IMG/VR virus record: IMGVR_UViG_3300036802_000112
Span: 96,001-160,000 of that record
Direction: 5' to 3' (one strand)
DNA: 64,000 nt
From: a virus
Taxonomy: Duplodnaviria; Caudoviricetes
Part shown: piece by piece, positions 10,313 through 19,397 of the stretch
Layout: each line of letters opens with the position of its first letter
How positions within the stretch are numbered: position 1 is the first letter of the stretch
Notes under the pieces: generated by a model
What the model was told of the DNA's origin: nothing
The model's input: only the letters and a program-made list of their open reading frames with translations
Database searches by the model: none
Made by a program: the position numbers and the translations under genes

Positions 10313-10564
10313 ATGGCTACAGAATATGCAAAAATCAAACAAGCGGTGGAATTACAAAAGACAAAGAAAGCAACAGGAGAAGCTAGACTAGTTTCGTTAA
10401 GTGAAGAAGAAACTCGTATTTATGCAGATATCGAACGTGAAACAGGAAAGAAAGTAACATCGAAAGAAGAATTAGAAGTAATGAACGAACAATCACAAAA
10501 GGACATCGCAGATAAGATTCGTAAAATGAAAGAAATCTTAGATGCGGAAGGAGTGGCGTATTAA
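10313..10564 (+). CDS. Small coiled-coil protein between the SbcC halves
   Basis: 83 aa helical ORF with AGGAGG SD; TAATG overlap with the next gene. Confidence 0.7.
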   Translation: MATEYAKIKQAVELQKTKKATGEARLVSLSEEETRIYADIERETGKKVTSKEELEVMNEQSQKDIADKIRKMKEILDAEGVAY

Positions 10565-11217
10565 TGGAGGTTGCGACGTTACCAACCAACAAGGAAGTGA
10601 TTCGTGCTGCCAAGGATATGATCCAGCAGCACGAACAAGATTTAGTTGAGTTAGAACGATTAAAAGTGGAGTTAGTTAGAAAGACAGCGCAACGTGACGA
10701 AATCACACCTCGTATTGAATTACTAGAAAAGGTACGAGTATTCATGCAATCATTAGCGGAAGCGACTCGTGATGAAATCATGTCAGGTTTACAACACGTT
10801 GTTACGATATGCTTACAAAGTGTATTCGGGCCACACCTTCGCTTTGAAATAGAAGTAGAAACAAAACGAAACAATACAGGAATCGAGTTCTACATTGTGG
10901 ATGAATCAGGAGATGTGCCAGTACGATTAAAACCAGAAGGTAACATGGCTGGTGGAGAATTAGATACAATCTCTATTGGTTTACGATTCGGATTACTGAA
11001 AGTATTAAACCCTTCTCCAGAAGGACCAGTATTCCTTGACGAACCAGCTAAGATGATTTCGGGAGATAGAGTACATTCTATTGCGAATCTCTTAAAAGAG
11101 CTGTCTAAGATGTTTGATAAACAAATCATCATGGTATCTCACCACGAAGCATTAATTGATGTTGTAGACAATTCTATTTATTTCAAAAGAGAAAACGGCG
11201 TAACGGTCTGCGAATAA
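10564..11217 (+). CDS. Rad50/SbcC-like ATPase, C-terminal half
   Basis: Signature MAGGE, Walker B VFLDEP, H-loop VSHH. Confidence 0.88.
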   Translation: MEVATLPTNKEVIRAAKDMIQQHEQDLVELERLKVELVRKTAQRDEITPRIELLEKVRVFMQSLAEATRDEIMSGLQHVVTICLQSVFGPHLRFEIEVETKRNNTGIEFYIVDESGDVPVRLKPEGNMAGGELDTISIGLRFGLLKVLNPSPEGPVFLDEPAKMISGDRVHSIANLLKELSKMFDKQIIMVSHHEALIDVVDNSIYFKRENGVTVCE

Positions 11218-11230
11218 AGGGAGTGCGAAT

Positions 11231-11608
11231 ATGAAGGTCAACGAAACGAAACATTATTATGAAAAAGAAATCGGGGAAGTAAAGGAGTTACTTTCCCGGT
11301 TATTAAAAGGTCAAGCGTTCATAGAGAAAGCTGCAAAAGAAGGTTCAGTTGTTAAATCTTTAGAAGCAGTTCAGTTATACAATAAAATTTCGAAGGAAGT
11401 TTTTGAGAAACTTGAGTTATGTCAATTCTATCACGAATTCTTATGTATGGATAAAACAGTCGTGATTAATAGAAGGGGACGGGCTATTAACTTAGACCCG
11501 TTAATAAGCCAAAGGGAGGTAGAGATTAGTCCTTACCACCTTCGAAGCATGGAAGTTTTAAAAGATGTATTTGGAGAAAACTTCGAAGAGATGGTGGAGT
11601 TTAGGTAG
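11231..11608 (+). CDS. Hypothetical protein
   Basis: 125 aa ORF with SD. Confidence 0.7.
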   Translation: MKVNETKHYYEKEIGEVKELLSRLLKGQAFIEKAAKEGSVVKSLEAVQLYNKISKEVFEKLELCQFYHEFLCMDKTVVINRRGRAINLDPLISQREVEISPYHLRSMEVLKDVFGENFEEMVEFR

Positions 11609-11656
11609 TGAAGAGTGATGATAAAATCACTCTTTTTATTTTGTGGAAATGAGTCG

Positions 11657-11679
11657 AAAAGTTGTTATAAGTAAAGTGA
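11657..11679 (+). promoter_or_regulatory. Recurrent phage motif AAAAGTTGTTATAAGTAAAGTGA
   Basis: Same core as at 5806 and 23797; follows a hairpin at about 11611-11637. Confidence 0.75.
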
Positions 11680-11721
11680 AGAAAGAAACTATACATAAAT
11701 AAAAAATTGGAGGAACAAAAA

Positions 11722-12216
11722 ATGACAAACAATACAATGGATTACAACGAGGAAGTAGTAGAAATGGTAGAAAATGAAGAAGTAGCAGCAACAACAAATA
11801 ACGAAGATGGAGTTGAAGAAGTAGTGGAAACAGGAAACAATAACCAAGGATTAAAATTAATCGGAACAGCAATTGGTTCAGCAGTAGCAGGAGCAGTAAC
11901 AGGATGGTTTGGAAGAGGTGCATTAGAAAAACGCAAAAGAGAAAAAATGTTTGATGAAATACAAAAACAATTATATCTAATTGAAGCATCAGCGCAAGGA
12001 CACGAAGAAGTAGAATGGGATGGAAAACTTTATACAACAAAAGGGATTCATGTAATGACAACAGAAGAATTAAAAGCTTATATCATGGATAGAATTTTAG
12101 GAAACATGAAAGTGAAAGATTACGAAAGACAATTATGGAACAATCTATTAACAACAATAGTGACAGTTGAAGAAAGAATTATTATCAACAGCAAAATTGT
12201 AGTAGACGAGAAATAA
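11722..12216 (+). CDS. A-rich early membrane-anchored protein
   Basis: GGAGG SD, ATG 11722; acidic N-terminus, TM-like LIGTAIGSAVAGAVTGWFG. Confidence 0.75.
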   Translation: MTNNTMDYNEEVVEMVENEEVAATTNNEDGVEEVVETGNNNQGLKLIGTAIGSAVAGAVTGWFGRGALEKRKREKMFDEIQKQLYLIEASAQGHEEVEWDGKLYTTKGIHVMTTEELKAYIMDRILGNMKVKDYERQLWNNLLTTIVTVEERIIINSKIVVDEK

Positions 12217-12220
12217 TACG

Positions 12221-12260
12221 AAACAACAGATACAGTAATGTATCTGTTGTTTACTTTTTT
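12221..12260 (+). terminator. Rho-independent terminator
   Basis: AAACAACAGATACA-gtaa-TGTATCTGTTGTTT plus T run. Confidence 0.8.
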
Positions 12261-12294
12261 AGACCAAAAAAATAAATGAACATATAAAAGGAGA

Positions 12295-13338
12295 ATGAAA
12301 ATGGAACGAGTTAAAGGACTATTATTTGAGGTAGCAAAGAGTAATATGGATACGAGATTACAAGGGTTCTTCATTGATCCAGATAAAGGTATGGCACTTG
12401 CAGGGCACAGAAGAATTTACGGTCATGGCGATTGCTTAGTACGTGCAATGGGTGATTTTGATATGCCACAAAAATACGGATACCGTCCAGGATACTATGA
12501 TTATAGTAAAGATGATTTCTATGCAGATCAACCAGGTCTTTACGGAAAGCAAGTTGAGGGAGACAGATACATGGTTGGACCAGAAGAATCTGATATGATT
12601 TTCGGTCAAGCATTCGAAAAAATCGAAGACGGTTTCTCTGTATTAGTAAACCCAAAAATCATTTGTGAGTTCATTGAGAATTTCACAAAATTCAATGGCT
12701 TTGCAAATAAGAAATTAAATATGCAAGTATTTAACGGAATGTCAAATGTAGGTCATTTCACTGGAAGAATCGAAACGAATCCAAATACAGGTGAAATCGG
12801 AATTGTTATCGCCAATAAATACTTCTGCCATATTGATAAAAAGTACTCTTTACTTAACCCTGACCACATCAGAGAAGGTGCTTATGTAGTTGCGGAAATG
12901 GTAGGAGTTGTGGAAGAGAAACGTGTAGTTAGATTACTTCGTATGTTCAAAAGTGGCATCCGACTTGCGATTCAGGATTTCAGAAATGGATTGATGTTAG
13001 ATAATGCTGCACCGTATTCTTTACATGAAGAAACAGATAACGGAATCACAAAACAAGGAATTATGGATGTTCCGTTCTTAGAAAGACAGTTTGACCCTAA
13101 TGATCCACAAAGCCAAAATGCATACTTGAAAGCTCCTGTATTACATTTTGACTTAGATACATTCTACCGTGCATTAAAACCAATGGAAATGCATAGAGTA
13201 GCTGAAATCCATTTTAAAGATTGTATCTCTCCAGTTATGATGCGAACAATTAACGAAGGAGAACCAGGAGAAATTGCGGTAGAGTCGTTGATAGGAACGT
13301 CGTCTCCGTATAGAAGAGGAAAGGTGTGGACTCCGTGA
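12295..13338 (+). CDS. Putative diverged DNA polymerase III beta (sliding clamp)-like protein
   Basis: DTRLQGFFIDPDKGMALAGHRRI resembles DnaN (TRxxLxG...ATDGHRL); C-terminal FDLDTFYRALKPM...AEIHFKDCISPVMM resembles DnaN domain III. Confidence 0.45.
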   Translation: MKMERVKGLLFEVAKSNMDTRLQGFFIDPDKGMALAGHRRIYGHGDCLVRAMGDFDMPQKYGYRPGYYDYSKDDFYADQPGLYGKQVEGDRYMVGPEESDMIFGQAFEKIEDGFSVLVNPKIICEFIENFTKFNGFANKKLNMQVFNGMSNVGHFTGRIETNPNTGEIGIVIANKYFCHIDKKYSLLNPDHIREGAYVVAEMVGVVEEKRVVRLLRMFKSGIRLAIQDFRNGLMLDNAAPYSLHEETDNGITKQGIMDVPFLERQFDPNDPQSQNAYLKAPVLHFDLDTFYRALKPMEMHRVAEIHFKDCISPVMMRTINEGEPGEIAVESLIGTSSPYRRGKVWTP

Positions 13339-13694
13339 TGAGGTATCAATTAATAACAGGAGAAGGAGATATAAACCGCAAGCTCGGCGTAGACTTACAT
13401 AAAGTCTATAGCCGGGCTTGCGCGGGTTTTAACCCGTTAACGTATCTACCTTCAGATTATGTACCGAATTTTGAATCTCTGTATGAGGAATATTGTGATA
13501 TGTATATCCAAAAAGTAACCGATGCAGATTCATTTTTCGAATCAATCAAAGAGATGGCTACCTCGGAAGGGGGTGATAATGTAAGTGGTAGTATTGTAGG
13601 GAAAGCAGAATTCCTGAACATTTTATTTATGACCAATCACTTGTTTTTCTTAGATGGCGAATTGATGAATTCGATAGTACTGGAGGTATGGTAG
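13338..13694 (+). CDS. EVW-family paralog 1
   Basis: MRYQL...NSIVLEVW*; TGATG overlap with the upstream gene. Confidence 0.8.
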   Translation: MRYQLITGEGDINRKLGVDLHKVYSRACAGFNPLTYLPSDYVPNFESLYEEYCDMYIQKVTDADSFFESIKEMATSEGGDNVSGSIVGKAEFLNILFMTNHLFFLDGELMNSIVLEVW

Positions 13695-13697
13695 GAG

Positions 13698-14066
13698 ATG
13701 GTAAGGAACGATGAGTTAGCGGAATATATGTATGGAATAGAAGAAGCAGAAGCAATAACAATGTTAATTGATATTTATAGAAATATAGCAATATCATCAG
13801 AAATAACAATTCCTGATATTGACATTCTATACAATATTTTTAGAGAGCGATGGGTGGATAAAACATATGACTTCGTGGTTGCAAATGCAGATGCATATGC
13901 ACTCGATTTAACTGAATTTACAAAGACAAATTACATTTACAAACTCGAAGAAGTTGGTTTTGTAATATTAAAAGTAGACGATGTGCACGACATATTGAAT
14001 CGGATGCAATTTTCGTTTCGTAGTAAAGAAGAAATATGGAATACAGCGGTGATAGAAGTATGGTAA
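13698..14066 (+). CDS. EVW-family paralog 2
   Basis: Ends NTAVIEVW*. Confidence 0.8.
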   Translation: MVRNDELAEYMYGIEEAEAITMLIDIYRNIAISSEITIPDIDILYNIFRERWVDKTYDFVVANADAYALDLTEFTKTNYIYKLEEVGFVILKVDDVHDILNRMQFSFRSKEEIWNTAVIEVW

Positions 14067-14461
14067 GTTATGGACTTTCAACAAGAATTGATGAAGAAAT
14101 AAGCTCGAAGATTGACTTCGAGCTTATTTCTTCTATTTACAAAGAATTAACAGCTATGTATTACGTACCTAGTTCCGAGGCTATTTTTAATCATTATAAT
14201 ATGGTATTGGAACATAGATTAACAGAACTACAGGCCACGTTATATCCAGATGATGTTTATGAAGGGAAGCCAGGACAAGCGTATTCTCCAACCGTCCTTC
14301 CTGATTACGTGACAGCAGATTTACAGCAATACATACATATGGAGCCTGTAACTTTAGAAGACGTAGAATCATGTTTAGAATGTTATCACTTGTTCTTCAT
14401 TAGGGAAGAAAGAGATTATCAAAATGAATATATTAACCCAATTATATTAGAGGTGTGGTAG
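14060..14461 (+). CDS. EVW-family paralog 3
   Basis: MVSYGL...NPIILEVW*. Confidence 0.8.
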   Translation: MVSYGLSTRIDEEISSKIDFELISSIYKELTAMYYVPSSEAIFNHYNMVLEHRLTELQATLYPDDVYEGKPGQAYSPTVLPDYVTADLQQYIHMEPVTLEDVESCLECYHLFFIREERDYQNEYINPIILEVW

Positions 14462-14473
14462 GGAGAGAATATT

Positions 14474-14875
14474 ATGTTGCCAAACGTGTTAGTTGAACAT
14501 TCGGAGTTGTTAATTAATGATATGCAAATGTTTATATTTCAAGAATATAAATTGATTTGGGATGAATGTATATCGAAACGAAGAACGGAAGTTCCTTCAA
14601 TATATACGATTGCAGAACGCATTTACGAGGTTCTACAAGACAAAATCACAAAGCTGCTACAGGCTAAGTATACATTTAATATCGATAACTTCAACGAAGA
14701 AGATTTCCAAAAAACCGTGGCAATATATTCATTTTGGTTTGACCAAAAGACAGAAGGTAATGATTACATATTTGAATCTTTACTTCATGAAATGACTAAA
14801 TTTTTCTGTTTGCATCAATTATTTCACGAAAGGGATGGGGAGTTAATAAATCAACCTATCTTGGAGGTGTGGTGA
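14474..14875 (+). CDS. EVW-family paralog 4
   Basis: Ends DGELINQPILEVW*. Confidence 0.8.
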   Translation: MLPNVLVEHSELLINDMQMFIFQEYKLIWDECISKRRTEVPSIYTIAERIYEVLQDKITKLLQAKYTFNIDNFNEEDFQKTVAIYSFWFDQKTEGNDYIFESLLHEMTKFFCLHQLFHERDGELINQPILEVW

Positions 14876-14877
14876 TA

Positions 14878-15243
14878 TTGTATGAACTGATAAACCCATT
14901 GGATGTTATCGGTAACTTAGCTTATGTAGCGCTTAATTCAACGTATTTATTTATCGTTTCGGAAAGATGTTATAACCCAAATCATATACCTACGATTGAA
15001 ATGATTCACAATCACTTTGTGGATCATTTCATTCAAGAGTTAGTGTTAGAAGTTATACAAAGAGAAAGTTTCGAAACATTAGGTGCTGATGATTTAGACG
15101 ACTTCTTACATCAAGTTAAGAACAAAAAATACCATCCGTTTATACCTGACATTATTGAACTACGAAATATGTTAGAAGCATGTTATATGACTTTTATAGA
15201 GGACGGTGAAGTTCATAATCCAATTATTGTGGAGGTGTGGTGA
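14878..15243 (+). CDS. EVW-family paralog 5
   Basis: TTG start, (M)YELI...DGEVHNPIIVEVW*. Confidence 0.8.
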   Translation: MYELINPLDVIGNLAYVALNSTYLFIVSERCYNPNHIPTIEMIHNHFVDHFIQELVLEVIQRESFETLGADDLDDFLHQVKNKKYHPFIPDIIELRNMLEACYMTFIEDGEVHNPIIVEVW

Positions 15244-15662
15244 TGTATCAACTTATACATCAGAATGACCGGAAAAAGAGCGCTTTAGAAGAATCAGCAG
15301 AAGCCATATTTTATTCAGTATACGGAGAGTTAGGAGAAGCAATACTGGATGAATTGTTTGGAGATTACCCGTATATCTTTATAGGGGATTTAGTAGATAA
15401 AGTGTATCAAGAATTGTATTTCGAGGAATACACAAACTTAATAGATGAATCAATCTTGAGAGGTGATCACGAAATATATGCACTATCAAAAGATGATTAT
15501 ACATTACAAGTATACGGAGGAAATATCGGTTTATATTATGAACCTGCTTTTGAAGTGTCTGATATAAAAACAATGATAAGTCAAATGTTGTGCGAACAGA
15601 ACATAGCATACTTAGATTATGACTTCACGATGCAAAATGAAATTATATTAGAGGTGTGGTAA
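15243..15662 (+). CDS. EVW-family paralog 6
   Basis: MYQLI...NEIILEVW*. Confidence 0.8.
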   Translation: MYQLIHQNDRKKSALEESAEAIFYSVYGELGEAILDELFGDYPYIFIGDLVDKVYQELYFEEYTNLIDESILRGDHEIYALSKDDYTLQVYGGNIGLYYEPAFEVSDIKTMISQMLCEQNIAYLDYDFTMQNEIILEVW

Positions 15663-16126
15663 TGGTCAATGTAAATGAATTAATGCTTATGAATCCAGAT
15701 GACATTGTAGGTATTATGGATGCTATGAATTTAATAACAAAGGAGACATTCGATAGGTTCGTCACGTTATTAACACATTGGTACAAAAGAGAATCACTGA
15801 TGGAAGATAACATTCCAAATTTATTTCCAATCTTCCAGATGACAGATCCAATCATAGACGACTTATGCGAAATATTTATAGAGAGTATAGGGTGGAGGGA
15901 GTTGGGAGAACAACAGATGACTCATGAATTCGAACGGAATCCGGAAGACAAACTAATTATCAAGAATCAATTTGTCGATGGTTACGATTCGGTATATTCA
16001 ACAAACATGGTCAGGGATACAGAACGAGTTTTTAATTCTATGAACCTTGTACATAGATGGGATTCTACATATGTAGGAGGTAAAGATAACTTAGTAACAG
16101 GAGGAGTTGTATTAGAAGTATGGTAG
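15662..16126 (+). CDS. EVW-family paralog 7
   Basis: Ends GGVVLEVW*. Confidence 0.8.
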   Translation: MVNVNELMLMNPDDIVGIMDAMNLITKETFDRFVTLLTHWYKRESLMEDNIPNLFPIFQMTDPIIDDLCEIFIESIGWRELGEQQMTHEFERNPEDKLIIKNQFVDGYDSVYSTNMVRDTERVFNSMNLVHRWDSTYVGGKDNLVTGGVVLEVW

Positions 16127-16557
16127 GTACATATGCATTATCAGTAGAAACGGAAGAAATAGAATACGATGTAATCAAACCACAATACGTATCATGGTTT
16201 GAAAGGGTAATTATGAATTGGTATCAAGAGTTCGGTAGGTTAACCCCCAAATACCTACCGACTGTTGTGGATATTTTAGATGATAGCCTTCATCCAATAG
16301 GTGGAACTGCATCAGAAGCATTCGCTCTTTTAGAACAATCTGTTCAAGTTGAGTTTTGTGGTATTGATACATTTCCAGAAGACTTAGGGAATTGGACAGA
16401 TGACCACTACTTATACTTTGAAGACCAAGTGGATTTAACTGATTACGAAGTAGATTTATTTAAAGATATAGAGAAACTGTTAGAAACGAAAGGATTAACA
16501 TACTCTAGATATAACCCCGAAACAGCGCAAGTATCAAGTGTAATCGAGGTGTGGTAA
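16120..16557 (+). CDS. EVW-family paralog 8
   Basis: MVGTYAL...SSVIEVW*. Confidence 0.8.
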   Translation: MVGTYALSVETEEIEYDVIKPQYVSWFERVIMNWYQEFGRLTPKYLPTVVDILDDSLHPIGGTASEAFALLEQSVQVEFCGIDTFPEDLGNWTDDHYLYFEDQVDLTDYEVDLFKDIEKLLETKGLTYSRYNPETAQVSSVIEVW

Positions 16558-17001
16558 ATGTATCAATTAGCGGTTAATAATTACAGTGAAGTGCCATTTA
16601 AAATAGTAGATAAGGACCCGGGAACCGTGCAAGAATTCTTCTTTTTAATTTCTGGATTGTATCATGACTATTGTATGTGCAGAGAAGACCTCCCTAGTCC
16701 AAAAGACATGCTAGAAGAAGATCGTAATTTTTATCCAAAATCAAACGAAACAGTAAACGGATTTTTAGATGGTATGATTCATGAAATGATGCATAGACGA
16801 AATACTTTCTTAGATGATTTTATAGAAGTATTACCAGAAGACGCGGACACTGATTCTTTAGCTGATTTTTTAGATGGATGTTGGGATGATATGAAGCCTT
16901 ACTATGAGGATGAAATACGTATCGCATTAGAAGTACTAGGATACGCATATAAAGGCGAATGGGGAGAAGTAAGAAATACTTATGTAATCGAGGTGTGGTA
17001 A
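16558..17001 (+). CDS. EVW-family paralog 9
   Basis: MYQLA...GEVRNTYVIEVW*. Confidence 0.8.
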   Translation: MYQLAVNNYSEVPFKIVDKDPGTVQEFFFLISGLYHDYCMCREDLPSPKDMLEEDRNFYPKSNETVNGFLDGMIHEMMHRRNTFLDDFIEVLPEDADTDSLADFLDGCWDDMKPYYEDEIRIALEVLGYAYKGEWGEVRNTYVIEVW

Positions 17002-17370
17002 ATGTACGAGATACAAAAGACAGAGGTAGAATTCATCTTTGTGCCGGATGATTTCTACCACACTTTTAAAGATGTTATAAAAACGTGGTATGAAAATTTC
17101 GAATACTGTTTCCCGACACGGATACCAGAGGCACAAATATTTAGTATGGACTACCAAATTGGTTTCGAATTTGAAAGTGGCTTAATATGGTTTGCAGGTG
17201 CAATATTAGAAATTGCGGAACCAGACAATGAATTTGCTTCCATGCATGATTTAAGTGTAATGGAACAGATGTGGTTCGAAGAGGATATGCGTACATTATT
17301 AGATGCAGAAAGTATCACTTATATGTACGACGGTGAACTTAAAAATAGTGTTATTTTGGAGGTATGGTAG
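17002..17370 (+). CDS. EVW-family paralog 10
   Basis: MYEI...DGELKNSVILEVW*. Confidence 0.8.
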   Translation: MYEIQKTEVEFIFVPDDFYHTFKDVIKTWYENFEYCFPTRIPEAQIFSMDYQIGFEFESGLIWFAGAILEIAEPDNEFASMHDLSVMEQMWFEEDMRTLLDAESITYMYDGELKNSVILEVW

Positions 17371-17372
17371 GT

Positions 17373-17906
17373 ATGTATTTAAGTACAGAAGTAGCAAATC
17401 ATGAATTTCAATTTTTCTGTTTAGAAACAAATTCAATAGAAGAAATCACGAAAGATCTTAGAGAAGTTTATAAGGCGATTGTGAAAGAGACTGATAATGT
17501 ACCAAACTTATTCGATATCAGATTGTATAGTTCAAACTTAATCAACTACGTCTTTTTTGAAAGAATCGCCTTAGGGAAGGAAAGTGCCTTAGATTATTAT
17601 ACAGACGGAGAAGGTATTATAGAACACATACAAGATATCATGAAAAGCTATTCGAAAGAAGAATTTCATCATGGAATCGAAAGGTGTATACAAGAATTCC
17701 CAACATTAGAATCTACCGAGGATATAATAGAACTTTTCATGGTTGACGCTTTATATATATTCAATCTGAATCAGTGGAGGTACCACGATATAGAATGGTA
17801 TCCTGCTTACAACATGTTGCTGCTATCGGATAAATTAGGAGACATTTTGAATTCGCAGGGTAAGGTAGAATTCGATGTTAACAATCCAATGATAGAGGTG
17901 TGGTGA
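17373..17906 (+). CDS. EVW-family paralog 11
   Basis: MYL...NNPMIEVW*. Confidence 0.8.
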   Translation: MYLSTEVANHEFQFFCLETNSIEEITKDLREVYKAIVKETDNVPNLFDIRLYSSNLINYVFFERIALGKESALDYYTDGEGIIEHIQDIMKSYSKEEFHHGIERCIQEFPTLESTEDIIELFMVDALYIFNLNQWRYHDIEWYPAYNMLLLSDKLGDILNSQGKVEFDVNNPMIEVW

Positions 17907-17907
17907 A

Positions 17908-18393
17908 ATGAATCAATTAACATTACTTTCGGATGTTAATCAAGTTATAGACTTCGACTTTTTCGAACACAAAGGAAATAAGTTGGAAGAATTCAAAGAA
18001 GAATTGTTGGGTTCCTATGAACAAGCTTGTGAGTATTGGGTTTATGATGAAGGAGAAGAACAACTTCCCACGCTTTCTGTTATAGGCGATATAGCTTGCA
18101 GGATGTATGTAGAAGAAATTGTGTTTAAATGTTATGCAGATGGATCTATAGCAGGGAATATAGATGTCAGAGAAAATATAGATGAACATCAATGCGACCA
18201 ATTAGATGAAATACAAGACTCTATCCATGATGAGTTCCATCATAATAGAAGTTTCGGAATGGGTATCGGTAACATAAGAGATTACTTCAATGACATCGAA
18301 AAGTTATTGAACTTATGTAACTTAACATATAGAAAGGATGATGATAGAGCGAATATATGCAACGTTAATTCACATGTTGTGGAGGTTTGGTGA
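17908..18393 (+). CDS. EVW-family paralog 12
   Basis: MNQL...NSHVVEVW*. Confidence 0.8.
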   Translation: MNQLTLLSDVNQVIDFDFFEHKGNKLEEFKEELLGSYEQACEYWVYDEGEEQLPTLSVIGDIACRMYVEEIVFKCYADGSIAGNIDVRENIDEHQCDQLDEIQDSIHDEFHHNRSFGMGIGNIRDYFNDIEKLLNLCNLTYRKDDDRANICNVNSHVVEVW

Positions 18394-18860
18394 TGTATCA
18401 ATTACAGACTGATGTAAAGGAGTTTCCGTTACATTTTATACCGAAAGAAAAAACAGAAGCATTCATTAAGGCAATACTGTCTGCATACAAACGTATATAT
18501 ACAGTTATGAGTAAAGTGAGTGGAGTGAATTCATTCCATTACATAGAACCCTGGGGAGACATTGGCGTCTTTCTAGGGGATTTTTATGTAATGGGATGTT
18601 GCTATTACGAGACAGGAGAAGAGTATGCATACGAAAAAGCAGTAGCAAAAATAGATGCTATGGGAGATGATGGCGCATTCGAGTTAAGTGCAATGTATAA
18701 CGACGAGTGTTTTGAAGATTGGAGAAGTGAGTTCATTGATGATATCACAGCGGTTCTAGATATGCACAACTATTCATATTTCGATCCAGCTTCCGACCCG
18801 TACGCTGTCAATCTTGATTGTGTAGAAGTGAACAATACTCATATTATATCAGTATGGTAA
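18393..18860 (+). CDS. EVW-family paralog 13 (SVW variant)
   Basis: MYQL...NTHIISVW*. Confidence 0.8.
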   Translation: MYQLQTDVKEFPLHFIPKEKTEAFIKAILSAYKRIYTVMSKVSGVNSFHYIEPWGDIGVFLGDFYVMGCCYYETGEEYAYEKAVAKIDAMGDDGAFELSAMYNDECFEDWRSEFIDDITAVLDMHNYSYFDPASDPYAVNLDCVEVNNTHIISVW

Positions 18861-18874
18861 AGGAGAAGATAAAG

Positions 18875-19348
18875 ATGCAACAATTTATGTTACCACAAAA
18901 CTATGTTAGAGGTTATGATAACGCCCCTTATCGTTTGATATTCAATGTTCCAGAAGATGAGTTTAGAAAAGTTATGCGAGATATTTATATAGCTACTCAC
19001 ACAACGAACAGACCACCATACTTCGAAAGAATTTTATCGGAGCTTATTGAGATAGGTATGTTCTCTCGTGTGTTCTTAGAATACGCCAAAGAGAATCCTG
19101 AAAAATTCGATATGTCTATAAAACGCATAGATGAATTATATTATTGGGTGGTGGAGAAAGGTGTGAATGATGAATCAATTACACAAGAATTATTAAGTTT
19201 TGCAGGGTATTACTTCTGCGAAGAGTTCGAAAACGATATCCGTATCTTCTTGAACGATTTTAATTACAGTTTTTTAGAAAGAGATTATCACCATCAACAT
19301 GCGGATGAAGCTGCAATTAGAAACTCATGTATTATCCCTGTTTGGTGA
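18875..19348 (+). CDS. EVW-family paralog 14 (PVW variant)
   Basis: Own AAGGAG SD; ends NSCIIPVW*. Confidence 0.8.
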   Translation: MQQFMLPQNYVRGYDNAPYRLIFNVPEDEFRKVMRDIYIATHTTNRPPYFERILSELIEIGMFSRVFLEYAKENPEKFDMSIKRIDELYYWVVEKGVNDESITQELLSFAGYYFCEEFENDIRIFLNDFNYSFLERDYHHQHADEAAIRNSCIIPVW

Positions 19349-19397
19349 TATGTGAGTTTTTCTTTTTTAGTAGTGCACAGAGAAGGGGTCTTGCAAA

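Noticed and set aside
8981-11217. SbcC pseudogene
   Set aside because: Each fragment has its own RBS or coupling and intact catalytic motifs
11636-12061. Leu-rich minus-strand ORF, and similar antisense ORFs such as 25889-26074, 1697-2110, 48406-48885 and 58552-59106
   Set aside because: Shadow frames opposite well-supported genes; their composition is an artefact of the A-rich sense strand
13338-19348. EVW junction repeats as a CRISPR array or integron attC cassettes
   Set aside because: Repeats are short, non-palindromic and vary at synonymous positions; spacers are 350-540 nt coding ORFs; no cas or integrase gene in the window
13338-19348. Diversity-generating retroelement as the source of array variation
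   Set aside because: No reverse transcriptase and no template/variable repeat pair with adenine-specific differences
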